Of a DNA stretch of 64,000 nucleotides, positions 10,401 to 19,895 are shown piece by piece. Position 1 is the first letter of the stretch, and every line of letters starts with the position of its first letter. The notes under the pieces were generated by a model. The model was not told the origin of the DNA. It did no database searches and was given only the letters and a program-made list of their open reading frames with translations. The DNA is taken from NCBI GenBank assembly GCA_021299855.1, contig JAJTEY010000001.1, positions 29,521 to 93,520 on the forward strand, given 5' to 3'. This DNA comes from Bacteroidota bacterium (GTDB taxonomy: Bacteria; Bacteroidota; Bacteroidia; Palsa-965). Position numbers and translations under genes: made by a program.

Positions 10401-13400
10401 TTCAATACAGTAAACATAAGTGGTTCCGGTGTAAATGGCGGTGCGGTAAACACTATGGCCTATCGCAGGGTAACTACTGCAGCTGATACACTCATCAATA
10501 ATATCCTCGTTAATACGAGGTCCAATGGCACTTCTACTGGAACTCATTACAGCTTAAACTTAAACAACGGCACTACGTTTATAAGTAACAATAACGACTA
10601 TTTTGGTAATGGAGTTGGTTATCAAACTGCGGTAGTTAATTCGGTAAACGTTACCGGTGTAAGTGGATTGGTGTTGAGTATTGGAGGTAACGGCAATTCG
10701 ATTGCGGTAAATCCGAACTTTATTTCTTCCACAGATTTACATATCAATAATACAATAGTCACCGCTTTAGAATCTCGTGCAGCCACGGTGGCATATGTGG
10801 CTAATGACATCGACGGACAAGTTCGTCCTGGACCAACTGCACTGAATGGAGGGGGTACCGCTCCTGACATGGGTGCAGACGAGTTTGACGGTATTCCGTT
10901 GTCTGTTGACGTTGGTGCCTTTTCTTTCTTACAACCTGCAACTCCGGGATGTTATTCACCTACACAAACTATACGCGTTCGAGTAAGAAATTATGCCAAC
11001 TCGCCTTTAAATATGGCTTCCCCGGGTAATGCAGTTACTATTACTGTCAACGTAACCGGACCAAATCCTCAGACATTCAGCATGCCTCCAATTACCTCAG
11101 GTACTATACCCGGTAATGGTTTCTTAGATACGACCGTAACTACTTCCTATAACATGGGCGCAACCGGCACCTATGGTTTCTCTGCAACTGCTACTACAAG
11201 TGTTGAGGTGCTAACCTTGAATGACGCGTTTGGTCCATTAAATATTGTAGTTGCGGGTGGAACTGCGGTCGCCTCCGGTGGTGGGAGAATTTGTTTAGGT
11301 GATCAGGGTACGGTAGTTGTCTCCGGTTTTACGAACGGAGGAACAATTCAATGGCAGGAATCTCCGGACAATATAGTTTGGTCAAACATACCGGCTGCAA
11401 CAAACGATACGTTAGTCATTATCCCTACAGATACTACTTTTTACCGAGCTGATATTTGCGGACAGCATCTTTCAGTATCGGATACATTGTTCCCTCAATT
11501 CGTTGCTCCACCTGTAACTACTAATGATACTATTTGTGGTTTGGATACCGCATTCTTGTCTGCTACCGCTGCAGGAAGTATTCGTTGGTATAATCAACCG
11601 ATTGGTGGTTTACAATTAGCAACAGGAAGTACCTATTCTCCAATTTTATCTGCAACGGATACGTTCTATGTTACTAACGCTACAGGTACGCCTCCTACAA
11701 CGGTAACCACAACTTTTGCAGCAGGTAATGGTTCCTCCGGAAATGTATTCAGAATCTCAGCAATTAATACGATAACTATTACGGGATTTGATGGGCATAT
11801 GACATCCGGTACTGCGAATTGGGAAATTTGGGGACGTCCAGGTGATTATACTTTAATTCCTGGATCAACCGCTAGTAATGCAGGATGGACCCTACTTGGT
11901 TCAGCAAGTGGTGTTGTAGCAGCAGGACTTGGCGTTCCAACACCACTTCCGATAACATTGAACGTTACGATACCCGGCGGAACTGATTACTCCTTTGTTG
12001 TAACTACAACAGGACCAACTGTAAACTATACGAACGGAACCCTATTAAACGCCCCGTTTGTCTCGAATAGCGATTTGATATTCATTCAGGGGCACGGCGG
12101 TGCGTATTTTAATTACTCTTTCTCGCCTCGAGTTTTCAATGGTCGCATCCACTATTCGTCCGGTTGCGAAAGTGCACGTGTACCTGCCATTGTTGTAGTT
12201 AATCCTCCTCCTGCAATCAGTGCGTCATCTTCGAATACTATTTGCGGATCGGGTAGCACAACTCTGACTGTCGCTAGTCCAAATTCGAACTACAATTTCA
12301 CTTGGAGCCCATCGACTGCGTTAAGTGCAACCACAGGCGATACAGTAGTTGCGACCCCTGGTAATACTATTAATTATGTTGTATCAGCGATCGATCCTGC
12401 AACACAGTGTGCTACAACAGATACCATCCAGGCTATTGTTGCCCCGGCGGTTGTGGGTACAGCAACAGTGAGTGATGATACTATATGCGGCAATACACAG
12501 GTTCAATTGGATATTAATTATCCTCCTGCGACCTTTGCTATAGGTACACAGAATGTCCAAAATACCTCGACGACTTACCCATCGCCTTTCGGTCAATTCT
12601 GGTGGGGTGCGAAACACCAAATGCTTATTACCGCTGCGGAGTTGCAAGCCACTGGAATGACAGCAGGTTTTTACAATGCATTAGCGTTTGAATTACCACC
12701 CGGAGCGAATACACCTGCACCTTCACCTGCACTTCAAAATTTCGAACTGCGAATTGCTAATACCTCGTTAACTGCAATGACTACTGCGTTTCAAACAACC
12801 GGCTTTACCTCCTTATTCACTAATGCTGCGTTAAATCCTACTACAGGTACAATGACGTTGGCTTTTAATAATAACTGGTACTGGGACGGTGTTTCTAACA
12901 TAATCGTAGAAACTTGTTTTAATAATAATGCCTTCACTTTAAACTGGGTTTTTCGCCAATCAACTACTGCTTATGCTTCAACTGCGGTTCGTAACGAGGA
13001 TGCGACGGGGGTATGTGCTCAGGCAGTCGCGTTTAGTACATTTAACCAGCGTCCGAACATGATATTTACACGTTCTTCGGGGAGTTATGCTTATGCTTGG
13101 ACCGGTAATTCATTGAGTAACGCTACCATTGAAGATCCAACCGCTACACCAACTGCAAGCGGAAACTATATTGTTGTTATCACTGACACATTGAGCGGAT
13201 GTAACTTTACTGATACAGTGAGCGTGAACGTATTGCCAACTCCGGCTCCAAGTTTCGGTCCTGATACTATCATCTGTTCTACGTCTCCGTTAGTTCTTGA
13301 TGGTACAGCAGGTCCTTACACTTACCTGTGGCAGGATAATTCATCTAACCAAACATTCAGTGTATCGTCATTCGGTATTTATAACGTCTTGGTAACAGAC

Positions 13401-14804
13401 ACAACAAGCGGTTGTACCGGAACAGATACTATTTTGGTTGGTGTTAACCCTGCTCCTGTATTTACTTTAGGTAGCGATGCGGCAGTATGTGCCGGATCTA
13501 ATGTAACCTTTAGCGGTCCGGGTGGTCCTTACGATTACGACTGGAATACAGGAGATTCTGTGATCGCAGTTACTGTTAACACAACAGGTTCGTACATTCT
13601 GGTAGTAACTGATCAAAATAACGGTTGTAGCGCAGCTGATACAGTTGTATTTACAGCTAACCCATTACCTGTTGTTACATTAGGCGCTGATACCAGCTAT
13701 TGCAGCAACAACGCCATCGTACTGAACGGCCCTGCGGGTAACTTCACCTACGTTTGGTCGGATAATTCAACCAACGACATCTTGTCTGTTTCTTCTACAG
13801 GAACATACTTTGTAACAGTTACCGATACAGCTACAACGTGTTTCAATGCTGATACTGTGACTATCATAATTAATGCAACGCCTGTTGTCGCATTAGGAGC
13901 TGATACCACATTCTGTTCTTCAAATGGTCCGTTAACATTGAACGCACCGGCAGGTCCGTACAATTACTTGTGGAGTGACAACTCAAATGGAACTTCATTG
14001 GCTGTTAACACATCCGGAACGTATGCTGTTGCCGTAACTGACAGTTTAAATGGATGTTCATCTAACGACTCGATTAACGTTGTAGTTAATGCTTCTCCAA
14101 ATGCGGTTTTAGCAGACACTTCGTCTTGCGGCAATGGAATTACGTTAACTGCAGCGGGTGGAAACTACACGTACGTGTGGTCAGATAACACCACAGGTCA
14201 GAGCACTACGGTAACTATAAGCGGAAACGTTTCAGTTGTGGTAACTGATACTGCGAATGGCTGTGCGATTACTGATGGTGCTATTGTAAACATCAATACA
14301 CCTCCTACTGCAACAGTTACTGCTTCGGCTGCTAACGTTTGTGCAGATGACGCTAACGTTACATTAACGGGAGCTCCGGCAGGTGGTGTGTTTGTTGGTA
14401 CATCGGTAACCGGTAATGCATTCGATCCTTCTGTAGGTGCCGGTTCTTATGCAGTAGATTATATCTACACCGATGCAAATGGATGTACTGATACAGCTAC
14501 AACTACTATCGTTGTAAGTGCTTGCGTAGGTGTTGAAGAGGCGTTCTTTGGTGTAGGTATGAATGTTTATCCGAATCCGAACAACGGTCAATTCATCTTC
14601 ACTTGCAGCGATGCTAACTTTGCTACAATGACATTCGAAGTAATCAGCATGGACGGAAAAGTTGTTCTGGCAGAGCAAGCTTCAAATGTTCAGGGTCAGT
14701 ACCGTCGCGACATGAACATGTACAACCTGGCTAACGGTGTTTATTACTTCCGAGTAATTGCTGATGGTCAGACTTACATGCAGAAAATCGTTAAGCAGGA
14801 CTAA
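7467..14804 (+). CDS. giant (2445 aa) secreted T9SS cargo protein. It has a signal peptide, a fibronectin-III-like domain, a long right-handed beta-helix-like repeat region, Ig-like domains, about 8 tandem SprB/PKD-like ~76-aa repeats, and a C-terminal Por/T9SS type-A sorting domain.
   Basis: N-terminal signal MKNRY...GNAQ. FN3-like segment (SFTAVSQTGMTVNWIDNSTTEAQFFVERS...YYYRVYAV). Dozens of NxxxGN/ITNN/VxNN repeats. Tandem repeats of the form P..LG.DT..C......L.AP.G...Y.WSDNS....L.V...GTY.V.VTD...GC...D...V.VN..P between about 13230 and 14520. The C-terminal tail VYPNPNNGQFIFTCS...YYFRVIADGQTYMQKIVKQD is a T9SS CTD. Confidence 0.85.
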   Translation: MKNRYSSVMSGIWTNLKLFIAGAGILMGMQGNAQVSTYTFSQTSGTYSPISGGTVLGAPTNDDTSFPTNPIGFTFWFNGVAYSTFSVNSNGFIALGGAVNSSYTAISAGTSNNIIAALNADLQGEPTTGDLRYQTIGSFPNRTLVVQWSNYDRFSSTTNTDVYNFQIRLQETSNTVDVVYGSNSSTQVAALSQVGLRGNSSADFNNREVVNGVQTWSTSISGASNAASCEMNPTLAPASGQTYTWTPPAGPSAPTSISFTAVSQTGMTVNWIDNSTTEAQFFVERSLDNITFVPAGTVVSTSTTSTGTSYNLVQTGLLSNTLYYYRVYAVAVTPSGPLSGQQATLPGTLCGTFSVGPTGAYPSLTAAFAAVAANGVICPLVFDLQPAYVSTVETFPLTIPFLGNSTANTITVRPQLGATNLSISSNAVQTINFNGAQNIVFDGRPGSTGTIIQLTLANTSTFGAVVQVGGDAANIGLNYVNVRSVNTGTTIGAVQYTAPASITGSTGHYITNCDFANGATNPQQYVFSSNTLANSYISSVTISNNRFRDWFNATSQNAAVNLGGNIRDWTISNNSFYQSATRTFTAGATHYGILISGSTAGSGGHNISGNFIGGTAPNCGGTPWTIAGTIANRFVAISVNGNSTGNPNATSMQGNTITNFNLTTSSGATTSPGIFCGIQALGTTHNLNIGNVSPNIIGSVTTANAITTSSSTAGGLVMGIVNTSNGAVVINNNLIGGFTVNTSSPTISSSFTGIQTGTAVPGTISNNIVGSTTVPNSIITAASTATTAGIVMGINSTSGNFINITNNTVMNLTNQYAGASTTAVVRGIYSSAGVTTITGNTVRNLSSLAPNISTGINASVQGISLSTFTIGSHVVNNNIINTLANGSSSGNVMVSGITVLGSTSTLLNATVAYNNISALGAPLTSGTATIYGINLIGNPSRVFNNFVNLGSDITGSPITVPNSFIGINKETTAPSAVNFNTVNISGSGVNGGAVNTMAYRRVTTAADTLINNILVNTRSNGTSTGTHYSLNLNNGTTFISNNNDYFGNGVGYQTAVVNSVNVTGVSGLVLSIGGNGNSIAVNPNFISSTDLHINNTIVTALESRAATVAYVANDIDGQVRPGPTALNGGGTAPDMGADEFDGIPLSVDVGAFSFLQPATPGCYSPTQTIRVRVRNYANSPLNMASPGNAVTITVNVTGPNPQTFSMPPITSGTIPGNGFLDTTVTTSYNMGATGTYGFSATATTSVEVLTLNDAFGPLNIVVAGGTAVASGGGRICLGDQGTVVVSGFTNGGTIQWQESPDNIVWSNIPAATNDTLVIIPTDTTFYRADICGQHLSVSDTLFPQFVAPPVTTNDTICGLDTAFLSATAAGSIRWYNQPIGGLQLATGSTYSPILSATDTFYVTNATGTPPTTVTTTFAAGNGSSGNVFRISAINTITITGFDGHMTSGTANWEIWGRPGDYTLIPGSTASNAGWTLLGSASGVVAAGLGVPTPLPITLNVTIPGGTDYSFVVTTTGPTVNYTNGTLLNAPFVSNSDLIFIQGHGGAYFNYSFSPRVFNGRIHYSSGCESARVPAIVVVNPPPAISASSSNTICGSGSTTLTVASPNSNYNFTWSPSTALSATTGDTVVATPGNTINYVVSAIDPATQCATTDTIQAIVAPAVVGTATVSDDTICGNTQVQLDINYPPATFAIGTQNVQNTSTTYPSPFGQFWWGAKHQMLITAAELQATGMTAGFYNALAFELPPGANTPAPSPALQNFELRIANTSLTAMTTAFQTTGFTSLFTNAALNPTTGTMTLAFNNNWYWDGVSNIIVETCFNNNAFTLNWVFRQSTTAYASTAVRNEDATGVCAQAVAFSTFNQRPNMIFTRSSGSYAYAWTGNSLSNATIEDPTATPTASGNYIVVITDTLSGCNFTDTVSVNVLPTPAPSFGPDTIICSTSPLVLDGTAGPYTYLWQDNSSNQTFSVSSFGIYNVLVTDTTSGCTGTDTILVGVNPAPVFTLGSDAAVCAGSNVTFSGPGGPYDYDWNTGDSVIAVTVNTTGSYILVVTDQNNGCSAADTVVFTANPLPVVTLGADTSYCSNNAIVLNGPAGNFTYVWSDNSTNDILSVSSTGTYFVTVTDTATTCFNADTVTIIINATPVVALGADTTFCSSNGPLTLNAPAGPYNYLWSDNSNGTSLAVNTSGTYAVAVTDSLNGCSSNDSINVVVNASPNAVLADTSSCGNGITLTAAGGNYTYVWSDNTTGQSTTVTISGNVSVVVTDTANGCAITDGAIVNINTPPTATVTASAANVCADDANVTLTGAPAGGVFVGTSVTGNAFDPSVGAGSYAVDYIYTDANGCTDTATTTIVVSACVGVEEAFFGVGMNVYPNPNNGQFIFTCSDANFATMTFEVISMDGKVVLAEQASNVQGQYRRDMNMYNLANGVYYFRVIADGQTYMQKIVKQD

Positions 14805-14824
14805 TCCTTGTAATCATCCAAAAG

Positions 14825-14853
14825 AAGCCTCCTATACCGGGAGGCTTTTTTTT
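14825..14853 (+). terminator. rho-independent terminator after the giant gene
   Basis: aagcctcc-tataccg-ggaggctt followed by T8. Confidence 0.7.
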
Positions 14854-14927
14854 GCTAAAAATTATTAATATGTTTGTACATTATTTGTCTTTACATATAT
14901 TTGTACCCAATAACAACAAAACAAACT

Positions 14928-15512
14928 ATGAAAAAAATCATCTTTACTCTTGTAGCCGGCTTGTTCACAACTACAGCCTCTTTCGCACAAACTAACTGGA
15001 CGGGCGATAATTCGCACAGCAGCGTATTATTTAGCGTTGGCCACATGGGCGTTGCCAAAACTGTCGGATTCTTCACGGAATACGATGTTAAAATGACCTC
15101 CACCAAAGACGACTTCACCGGGTCACAAGTTGAGATCACCATTCAGGCAAAGTCCATCAACACAATGAGCGAGCAGCGCGATAACCACTTGCGCAGCAAA
15201 GACTTTTTCAATACTGATACATTCCCGACAATTACTTTCAAGAGTACTTCATTTACCAAGAAAAAGGGAAATGTGTACGAAATTAAAGGCATGTTAACCA
15301 TGCGTGGCGTAACCAAAGAAGTGGTTCTTGAGGCTGTTTATGGCGGCACTAAAAAAGATCCTTGGGGCAATGAGAAAAGTGGTTGGGCTGTGCGCGGAAA
15401 AGTTGATCGTACTGCATACGGCATTACATGGAATACGCCTATTGAAGGCGGTACAATACTTGACAATTCAGTAGAGTTTATGTGTGAGTTTGAAATGGTG
15501 AAGAAGAAGTAA
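14928..15512 (+). CDS. YceI-family periplasmic polyisoprenoid-binding protein
   Basis: Signal peptide MKKIIFTLVAGLFTTTASFAQ. YceI-like motifs: HSSVLFSVGHMGVAKTVGFF, the fragment TFKST and MRGVTKEV. The true start is probably the ATG at 14928. Confidence 0.8.
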   Translation: MKKIIFTLVAGLFTTTASFAQTNWTGDNSHSSVLFSVGHMGVAKTVGFFTEYDVKMTSTKDDFTGSQVEITIQAKSINTMSEQRDNHLRSKDFFNTDTFPTITFKSTSFTKKKGNVYEIKGMLTMRGVTKEVVLEAVYGGTKKDPWGNEKSGWAVRGKVDRTAYGITWNTPIEGGTILDNSVEFMCEFEMVKKK

Positions 15513-15530
15513 TAAGGGGTTCTCTACTGA

Positions 15531-15563
15531 GAAGGCAGCTTGATTAAGCTGCCTTCTTTTTTT
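15531..15563 (+). terminator. rho-independent terminator after yceI-like gene
   Basis: gaaggcagc-ttgattaa-gctgccttc followed by T7. Confidence 0.7.
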
Positions 15564-15616
15564 GTATATCACTGAAATAACCTCATTTGCCCCACTCTGC
15601 CTATCTTTAAGGCTGT

Positions 15617-17119
15617 ATGAATACAATCAATCGATTTATACTCAAATCGTATTTACCGCCGTTCGCGATGACGTTCGTGATTTCGGTCTTCATTTTATTC
15701 ATGCAGTTTCTTTGGAAATGGATTGATGAATTAGTCGGGAAAGGATTAGATACGAACGTGGTAATCGAACTTTTCTTCTACGCGGCACTTTCCATGGTAC
15801 CTCTCGCCTTGCCGCTTGCAACATTGTTATCATCGCTTATGACGTTTGGAGGCCTGGCTGAACACTATGAACTAGCTGCCTTCAAAGCATCAGGACTTTC
15901 ATTGATGCGTATTATGCGACCACTTTTCATTTTAAGCTTTGTGGTCAGTATTGGAGCCTTCATATTCGCTAATAACGTACTTCCATTTACTAATTTGCAA
16001 ATGCTATCCACGTTGTTTGATATTCGTCAACAGAAACCTGCGCTGAATATTAAGGAAGGTGTTTTTTACAAGGAAATTGATGGATTCAGTATTCGTATCA
16101 AAGACATCAGCAAAGATGGTAACACTTTAAATGATGTCATGATTTACGATCATACCGATCAAATGGGTAATACATCATTGTCTCTTGCGGAAACCGGCTC
16201 TATGACCATGTCCGACGACAAGAGATATCTCGTGATTGAACTTCGTAATGGTAAAACATACAGGGAAATATGGAATCAGGAAAATGCCGCTAAAAAACGG
16301 CCATTCATGATCATGAAATTTGATAAACAAATCATTCGCATGGACCTATCCGGATTTTCGTTGGAACGCACTGATCAGGATTTGTTCAAAGACAATCATC
16401 AAATGCTGAATGGTTCTCAGCTCTTGGCATACATTGACACCATGCAAACTGAACTCAAGGAAGATAAAATCAATTTTTATCCTTCATTGCGGAATGCTTA
16501 TTTGAACAAAACTAAATATTACTGGACACAAGGTGACAGTTTAGGAAAGAAAGGTATACCGGGATTTATGCTGGATTCACTAGATGAATTCACAAAAATC
16601 AGAACGGCTGAAATGGCTATTAACAGCGCACGAAACTGTAAGAGCGCCAGCGAGTCAAAAGTCAATGAAATTGAAGCTCAACAACGTTCCATCACTCGCT
16701 TTGAAATAGAGTTCTGGAGAAAGTATTCGCTTTCCTTTGCCTGCTTGATTATGTTTTTTATTGGCGCTCCATTAGGTGCAATTATTCGAAAAGGTGGTTT
16801 AGGAATGCCGGTTGTTATATCTATTATTTTATTTATAATATTCTGGGTACTTACAATTACCGGTGAAAAAATTTCGAAAGAAGGAACTATTCCACCATAT
16901 CTGGGCATGTGGCTATCATGTGCCTTCTTCCTTCCCCTGGGTGTTTGGCTAACAAGAAAAGCCGCAGCCGATGCTGCCCTTTTTGATACAGAATCGTACA
17001 TTACGTTCTTCAAAAAAATATTCATACGTAAAAGCGCTAATGGTTCAATAAACGATTCGTCAATGACCTCTAATAACGACCAACACCATTCTGATCATGA
17101 AGGTCCTTCAGATATGTAA
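15617..17119 (+). CDS. LptF/LptG-family lipopolysaccharide export permease (YjgP/YjgQ)
   Basis: N-terminus MNTINRFILKSYLPPF and the YjgP/YjgQ topology (3 TM segments, a large periplasmic domain, then 3 TM segments). Confidence 0.8.
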   Translation: MNTINRFILKSYLPPFAMTFVISVFILFMQFLWKWIDELVGKGLDTNVVIELFFYAALSMVPLALPLATLLSSLMTFGGLAEHYELAAFKASGLSLMRIMRPLFILSFVVSIGAFIFANNVLPFTNLQMLSTLFDIRQQKPALNIKEGVFYKEIDGFSIRIKDISKDGNTLNDVMIYDHTDQMGNTSLSLAETGSMTMSDDKRYLVIELRNGKTYREIWNQENAAKKRPFMIMKFDKQIIRMDLSGFSLERTDQDLFKDNHQMLNGSQLLAYIDTMQTELKEDKINFYPSLRNAYLNKTKYYWTQGDSLGKKGIPGFMLDSLDEFTKIRTAEMAINSARNCKSASESKVNEIEAQQRSITRFEIEFWRKYSLSFACLIMFFIGAPLGAIIRKGGLGMPVVISIILFIIFWVLTITGEKISKEGTIPPYLGMWLSCAFFLPLGVWLTRKAAADAALFDTESYITFFKKIFIRKSANGSINDSSMTSNNDQHHSDHEGPSDM

Positions 17120-18299
17120 TAAGCCTCCCGTTCCAACAGTAGACGGTGGTTGTCTTGCTATGAACAGCATGACAGAAGCTTTTTTACATGCGCATGTATC
17201 GTTACAGGTTTTGGCAATGGAAACCGACAAGCATCCATTTGTTCCTGAAAAAATGCCACCCGGATATTTGAAAGCTACAAATATTGAAGTTGTTTATGTC
17301 AATACTAAAATAAATCCGGTTAAGGCTTTTATTAATTTATTTCAGGAGAGTTCATATTTAACTGATCGTTTTTATTCCACGGAATTTGAAGCCAAGTTAA
17401 TTCAGCTACTGGAAGAAGAGTCATACGACATCGTTCAACTTGAAGGACTTTACCTTACGCCATATATTGACGCTATACGTGAAAAAAGTACAGCCCGAAT
17501 CGTATTACGCGCGCACAATATTGAATCTCAATTATGGGAACGACGGACGGCCTTGGTTAAAAATCCGTTATTACGTTTCTGGTTTGGCGTGTTAACAGAG
17601 AAGCTAAAACACTACGAAGAAGAAGTTATTAGAAAAGTAGACGCTATAATTCCGATTTCTGAATACGATGCTGATACGTTTCACATCTGGTTGCGTAAAA
17701 AAGATGTTCCCATTTTTACGGTTCCATATTGCATGACATTACCGGATAAAGATGATACAATTAAGCCAACACATCGCACCGTGTTTCATATCGGATCTAT
17801 GGATTGGGAACCTAACATTAAAGGTGTAAAATGGTTCATTAAGGAAGTTTGGCCGAAAGTATTGGATTTGGTACCCGACGCCCAACTGCATCTTGCCGGA
17901 AGGAAGATGAAGAAAAATGATCCGGAATACATCGGCGATCAAATTATTGTGCACGGCGAGGTTGAAGATGCATTGCAATTCATGCAAAGTTATCAGGTGA
18001 TGATTGCCCCATTATTTAGTGGCGGCGGCATGAAGGTTAAATTAATTGAAGGCATGGCCACCGGTAAGGGTATTGTAACAACTCCAATTGGCGCGGAAGG
18101 AATTCACATGGTGCACCTGAAACATGCCCAAATTGCAGACAATGCAGATGATTTTGCAAATGCTACAGTACGCTATTTTCGTAATCCCGGAATGTTGACC
18201 GACTGCAGTAGCAATGCAGTATACTTGGCACTGGAAGAGCACGACATCAAAAAATCATCGCAGCGAATTGTTGATTTTTATTATTCCCTGATCTTTTAA
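17097..18299 (+). CDS. glycosyltransferase family 4 (GT1-fold, GT4)
   Basis: GT4 N-terminal pattern MKVLQICNKPPVPTVDGG. C-terminal E-x7-E-like region (GGMKVKLIEGMATGK). It overlaps the lptF/G 3-prime end by 23 nt. Confidence 0.75.
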   Translation: MKVLQICNKPPVPTVDGGCLAMNSMTEAFLHAHVSLQVLAMETDKHPFVPEKMPPGYLKATNIEVVYVNTKINPVKAFINLFQESSYLTDRFYSTEFEAKLIQLLEEESYDIVQLEGLYLTPYIDAIREKSTARIVLRAHNIESQLWERRTALVKNPLLRFWFGVLTEKLKHYEEEVIRKVDAIIPISEYDADTFHIWLRKKDVPIFTVPYCMTLPDKDDTIKPTHRTVFHIGSMDWEPNIKGVKWFIKEVWPKVLDLVPDAQLHLAGRKMKKNDPEYIGDQIIVHGEVEDALQFMQSYQVMIAPLFSGGGMKVKLIEGMATGKGIVTTPIGAEGIHMVHLKHAQIADNADDFANATVRYFRNPGMLTDCSSNAVYLALEEHDIKKSSQRIVDFYYSLIF

Positions 18300-18300
18300 T

Positions 18301-19461
18301 ATGAAGTTGTTGATGATTACGTCACGAATTCCATATCCCTTGGAAAAAGGTGATAAACTTCGTGCGTATCATCAGTTACGTGTACTTTCCAAGTCGCATG
18401 AGATTACGTTGGTCGCATTAACAGATGAACCTCCGAATCCGGAAGCACAGAAAGAATTATTAAAATATTGTAAAGATGTACACTTTATCCAATTGAACAA
18501 ATTTGAATTAATTGTTCAATTAATAAAATCTATCGGTAATGCACTACCATTTCAAGTGGCATATTTTAATAATAGGAAGACGCATCAGTTCCTGCAACAA
18601 TTAACGAAAATGCAACCATTTGATGCCGCTTATTTTCAACTGATACGTACTGCTCCTTACGCCAAGTCTGTTCAGGTGCCGCTTAAGATTCTTGACTACA
18701 TGGATACCTTCTCCAAAGGAATGGGCAGGCGTTTAACTGCTGCGAAATTCTGGCAAAAACCTATTATTCGCTGGGAGCAAAAGAAATTGACCAATTACGA
18801 AAATGTAGTATTTAACGAATTTCATAAGCACACCATTATATCTGAGCAAGACCGTGATTTGTTGCCGGTAAGCACAAAATCTTCAGTAGCTGTTGTTCGT
18901 AACGGTGTTGATCATGATTATTTTTCGCCGGATGACACCGAGAAGCATTACGATATCTTGTTTAACGGTAATATGAATTATCCGCCAAACATTGAAAGTG
19001 CTGTGTACCTCGTACATAAAATTATGCCCTTGGTATGGAAGAAAATCCCTACATGTCGGGTGCTGATTTCGGGTGCTGATCCTGCAGAAGAAATTAGAGC
19101 GTTGGCTTCAGATTTGGTTCACGTGACAGGTTGGGTTGATGACATAAGAACCAGTTTTCGCCGGTCGAAAATATTGGTAGCGCCCATGCAATCGAGTATT
19201 GGTTTGCAAAATAAATTACTCGAAGCCATGTCTTGCGGACTACCGTGCATAACAACGCCTTTATCGAACAACGCATTAGGTGCCATACCGAATCAGGAAA
19301 TCATGGTATGCTCATCACCTGACGACTTCGCGCATTCCATCGACTTGTTATTAAATAACAGCGACCAATATCAATTACTTCAAAACAACGGGTTGAAATT
19401 GGTACATCAGTCATTCGGATGGGAAGGTGCAACAGCTCCATTATTGAATTTATTACTCTGA
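18301..19461 (+). CDS. glycosyltransferase family 4
   Basis: MKLLMITSRIPYPLEKGDKLRAYH N-terminus. C-terminal GT4 fold (LVAPMQSSIGLQNKLLEAMSCGLPCITT). It starts 2 nt after the upstream GT4 stop. Confidence 0.75.
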   Translation: MKLLMITSRIPYPLEKGDKLRAYHQLRVLSKSHEITLVALTDEPPNPEAQKELLKYCKDVHFIQLNKFELIVQLIKSIGNALPFQVAYFNNRKTHQFLQQLTKMQPFDAAYFQLIRTAPYAKSVQVPLKILDYMDTFSKGMGRRLTAAKFWQKPIIRWEQKKLTNYENVVFNEFHKHTIISEQDRDLLPVSTKSSVAVVRNGVDHDYFSPDDTEKHYDILFNGNMNYPPNIESAVYLVHKIMPLVWKKIPTCRVLISGADPAEEIRALASDLVHVTGWVDDIRTSFRRSKILVAPMQSSIGLQNKLLEAMSCGLPCITTPLSNNALGAIPNQEIMVCSSPDDFAHSIDLLLNNSDQYQLLQNNGLKLVHQSFGWEGATAPLLNLLL

Positions 19462-19535
19462 TTTTTAAGGTGTTTCGGTGTCATTTTAATCAATAAACAG
19501 TTGTATATTTGATTGCACCAATCAAGAATTTTACC

Positions 19536-19889
19536 ATGAAAAAGTTACTCTTACTTTTTCTCATTCCGATCATTTCATTTAGTTTCACGAACCTGAAATC
19601 GTGGACTTATCAAAATCCGGAATCCGTACAAAATATTTCTGCATACGACGCAGCACTTGCCCAATGTGATTTAGATCGTTATCGTTATGTCGATCACAAA
19701 AACGTTTTGAAATTCGAATCGGGGCTGCGCGTTGAATTATTATCGGCGAATGAATGCATTGCGCAAGGCATCGCCGTTAAGATGGATCGCGTGCGTAATG
19801 CTCCTCCGGAATTTGATACACAACCGATATTTCGTTTAACTGACGATGGAAAAGTGATTGAAATGCTTACACGCAACAAACACAAGTAA
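19536..19889 (+). CDS. small hypothetical secreted protein
   Basis: Signal peptide MKKLLLLFLIPIISFSF. 117 aa from the ATG at 19536. It ends 6 nt before the adhesin start. Confidence 0.5.
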   Translation: MKKLLLLFLIPIISFSFTNLKSWTYQNPESVQNISAYDAALAQCDLDRYRYVDHKNVLKFESGLRVELLSANECIAQGIAVKMDRVRNAPPEFDTQPIFRLTDDGKVIEMLTRNKHK

Positions 19890-19895
19890 TTGACC

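Noticed and set aside
19890-19895. TTG start for the adhesin at 19890
   Set aside because: An in-frame ATG at 19896 gives a canonical MKKLLL signal peptide.
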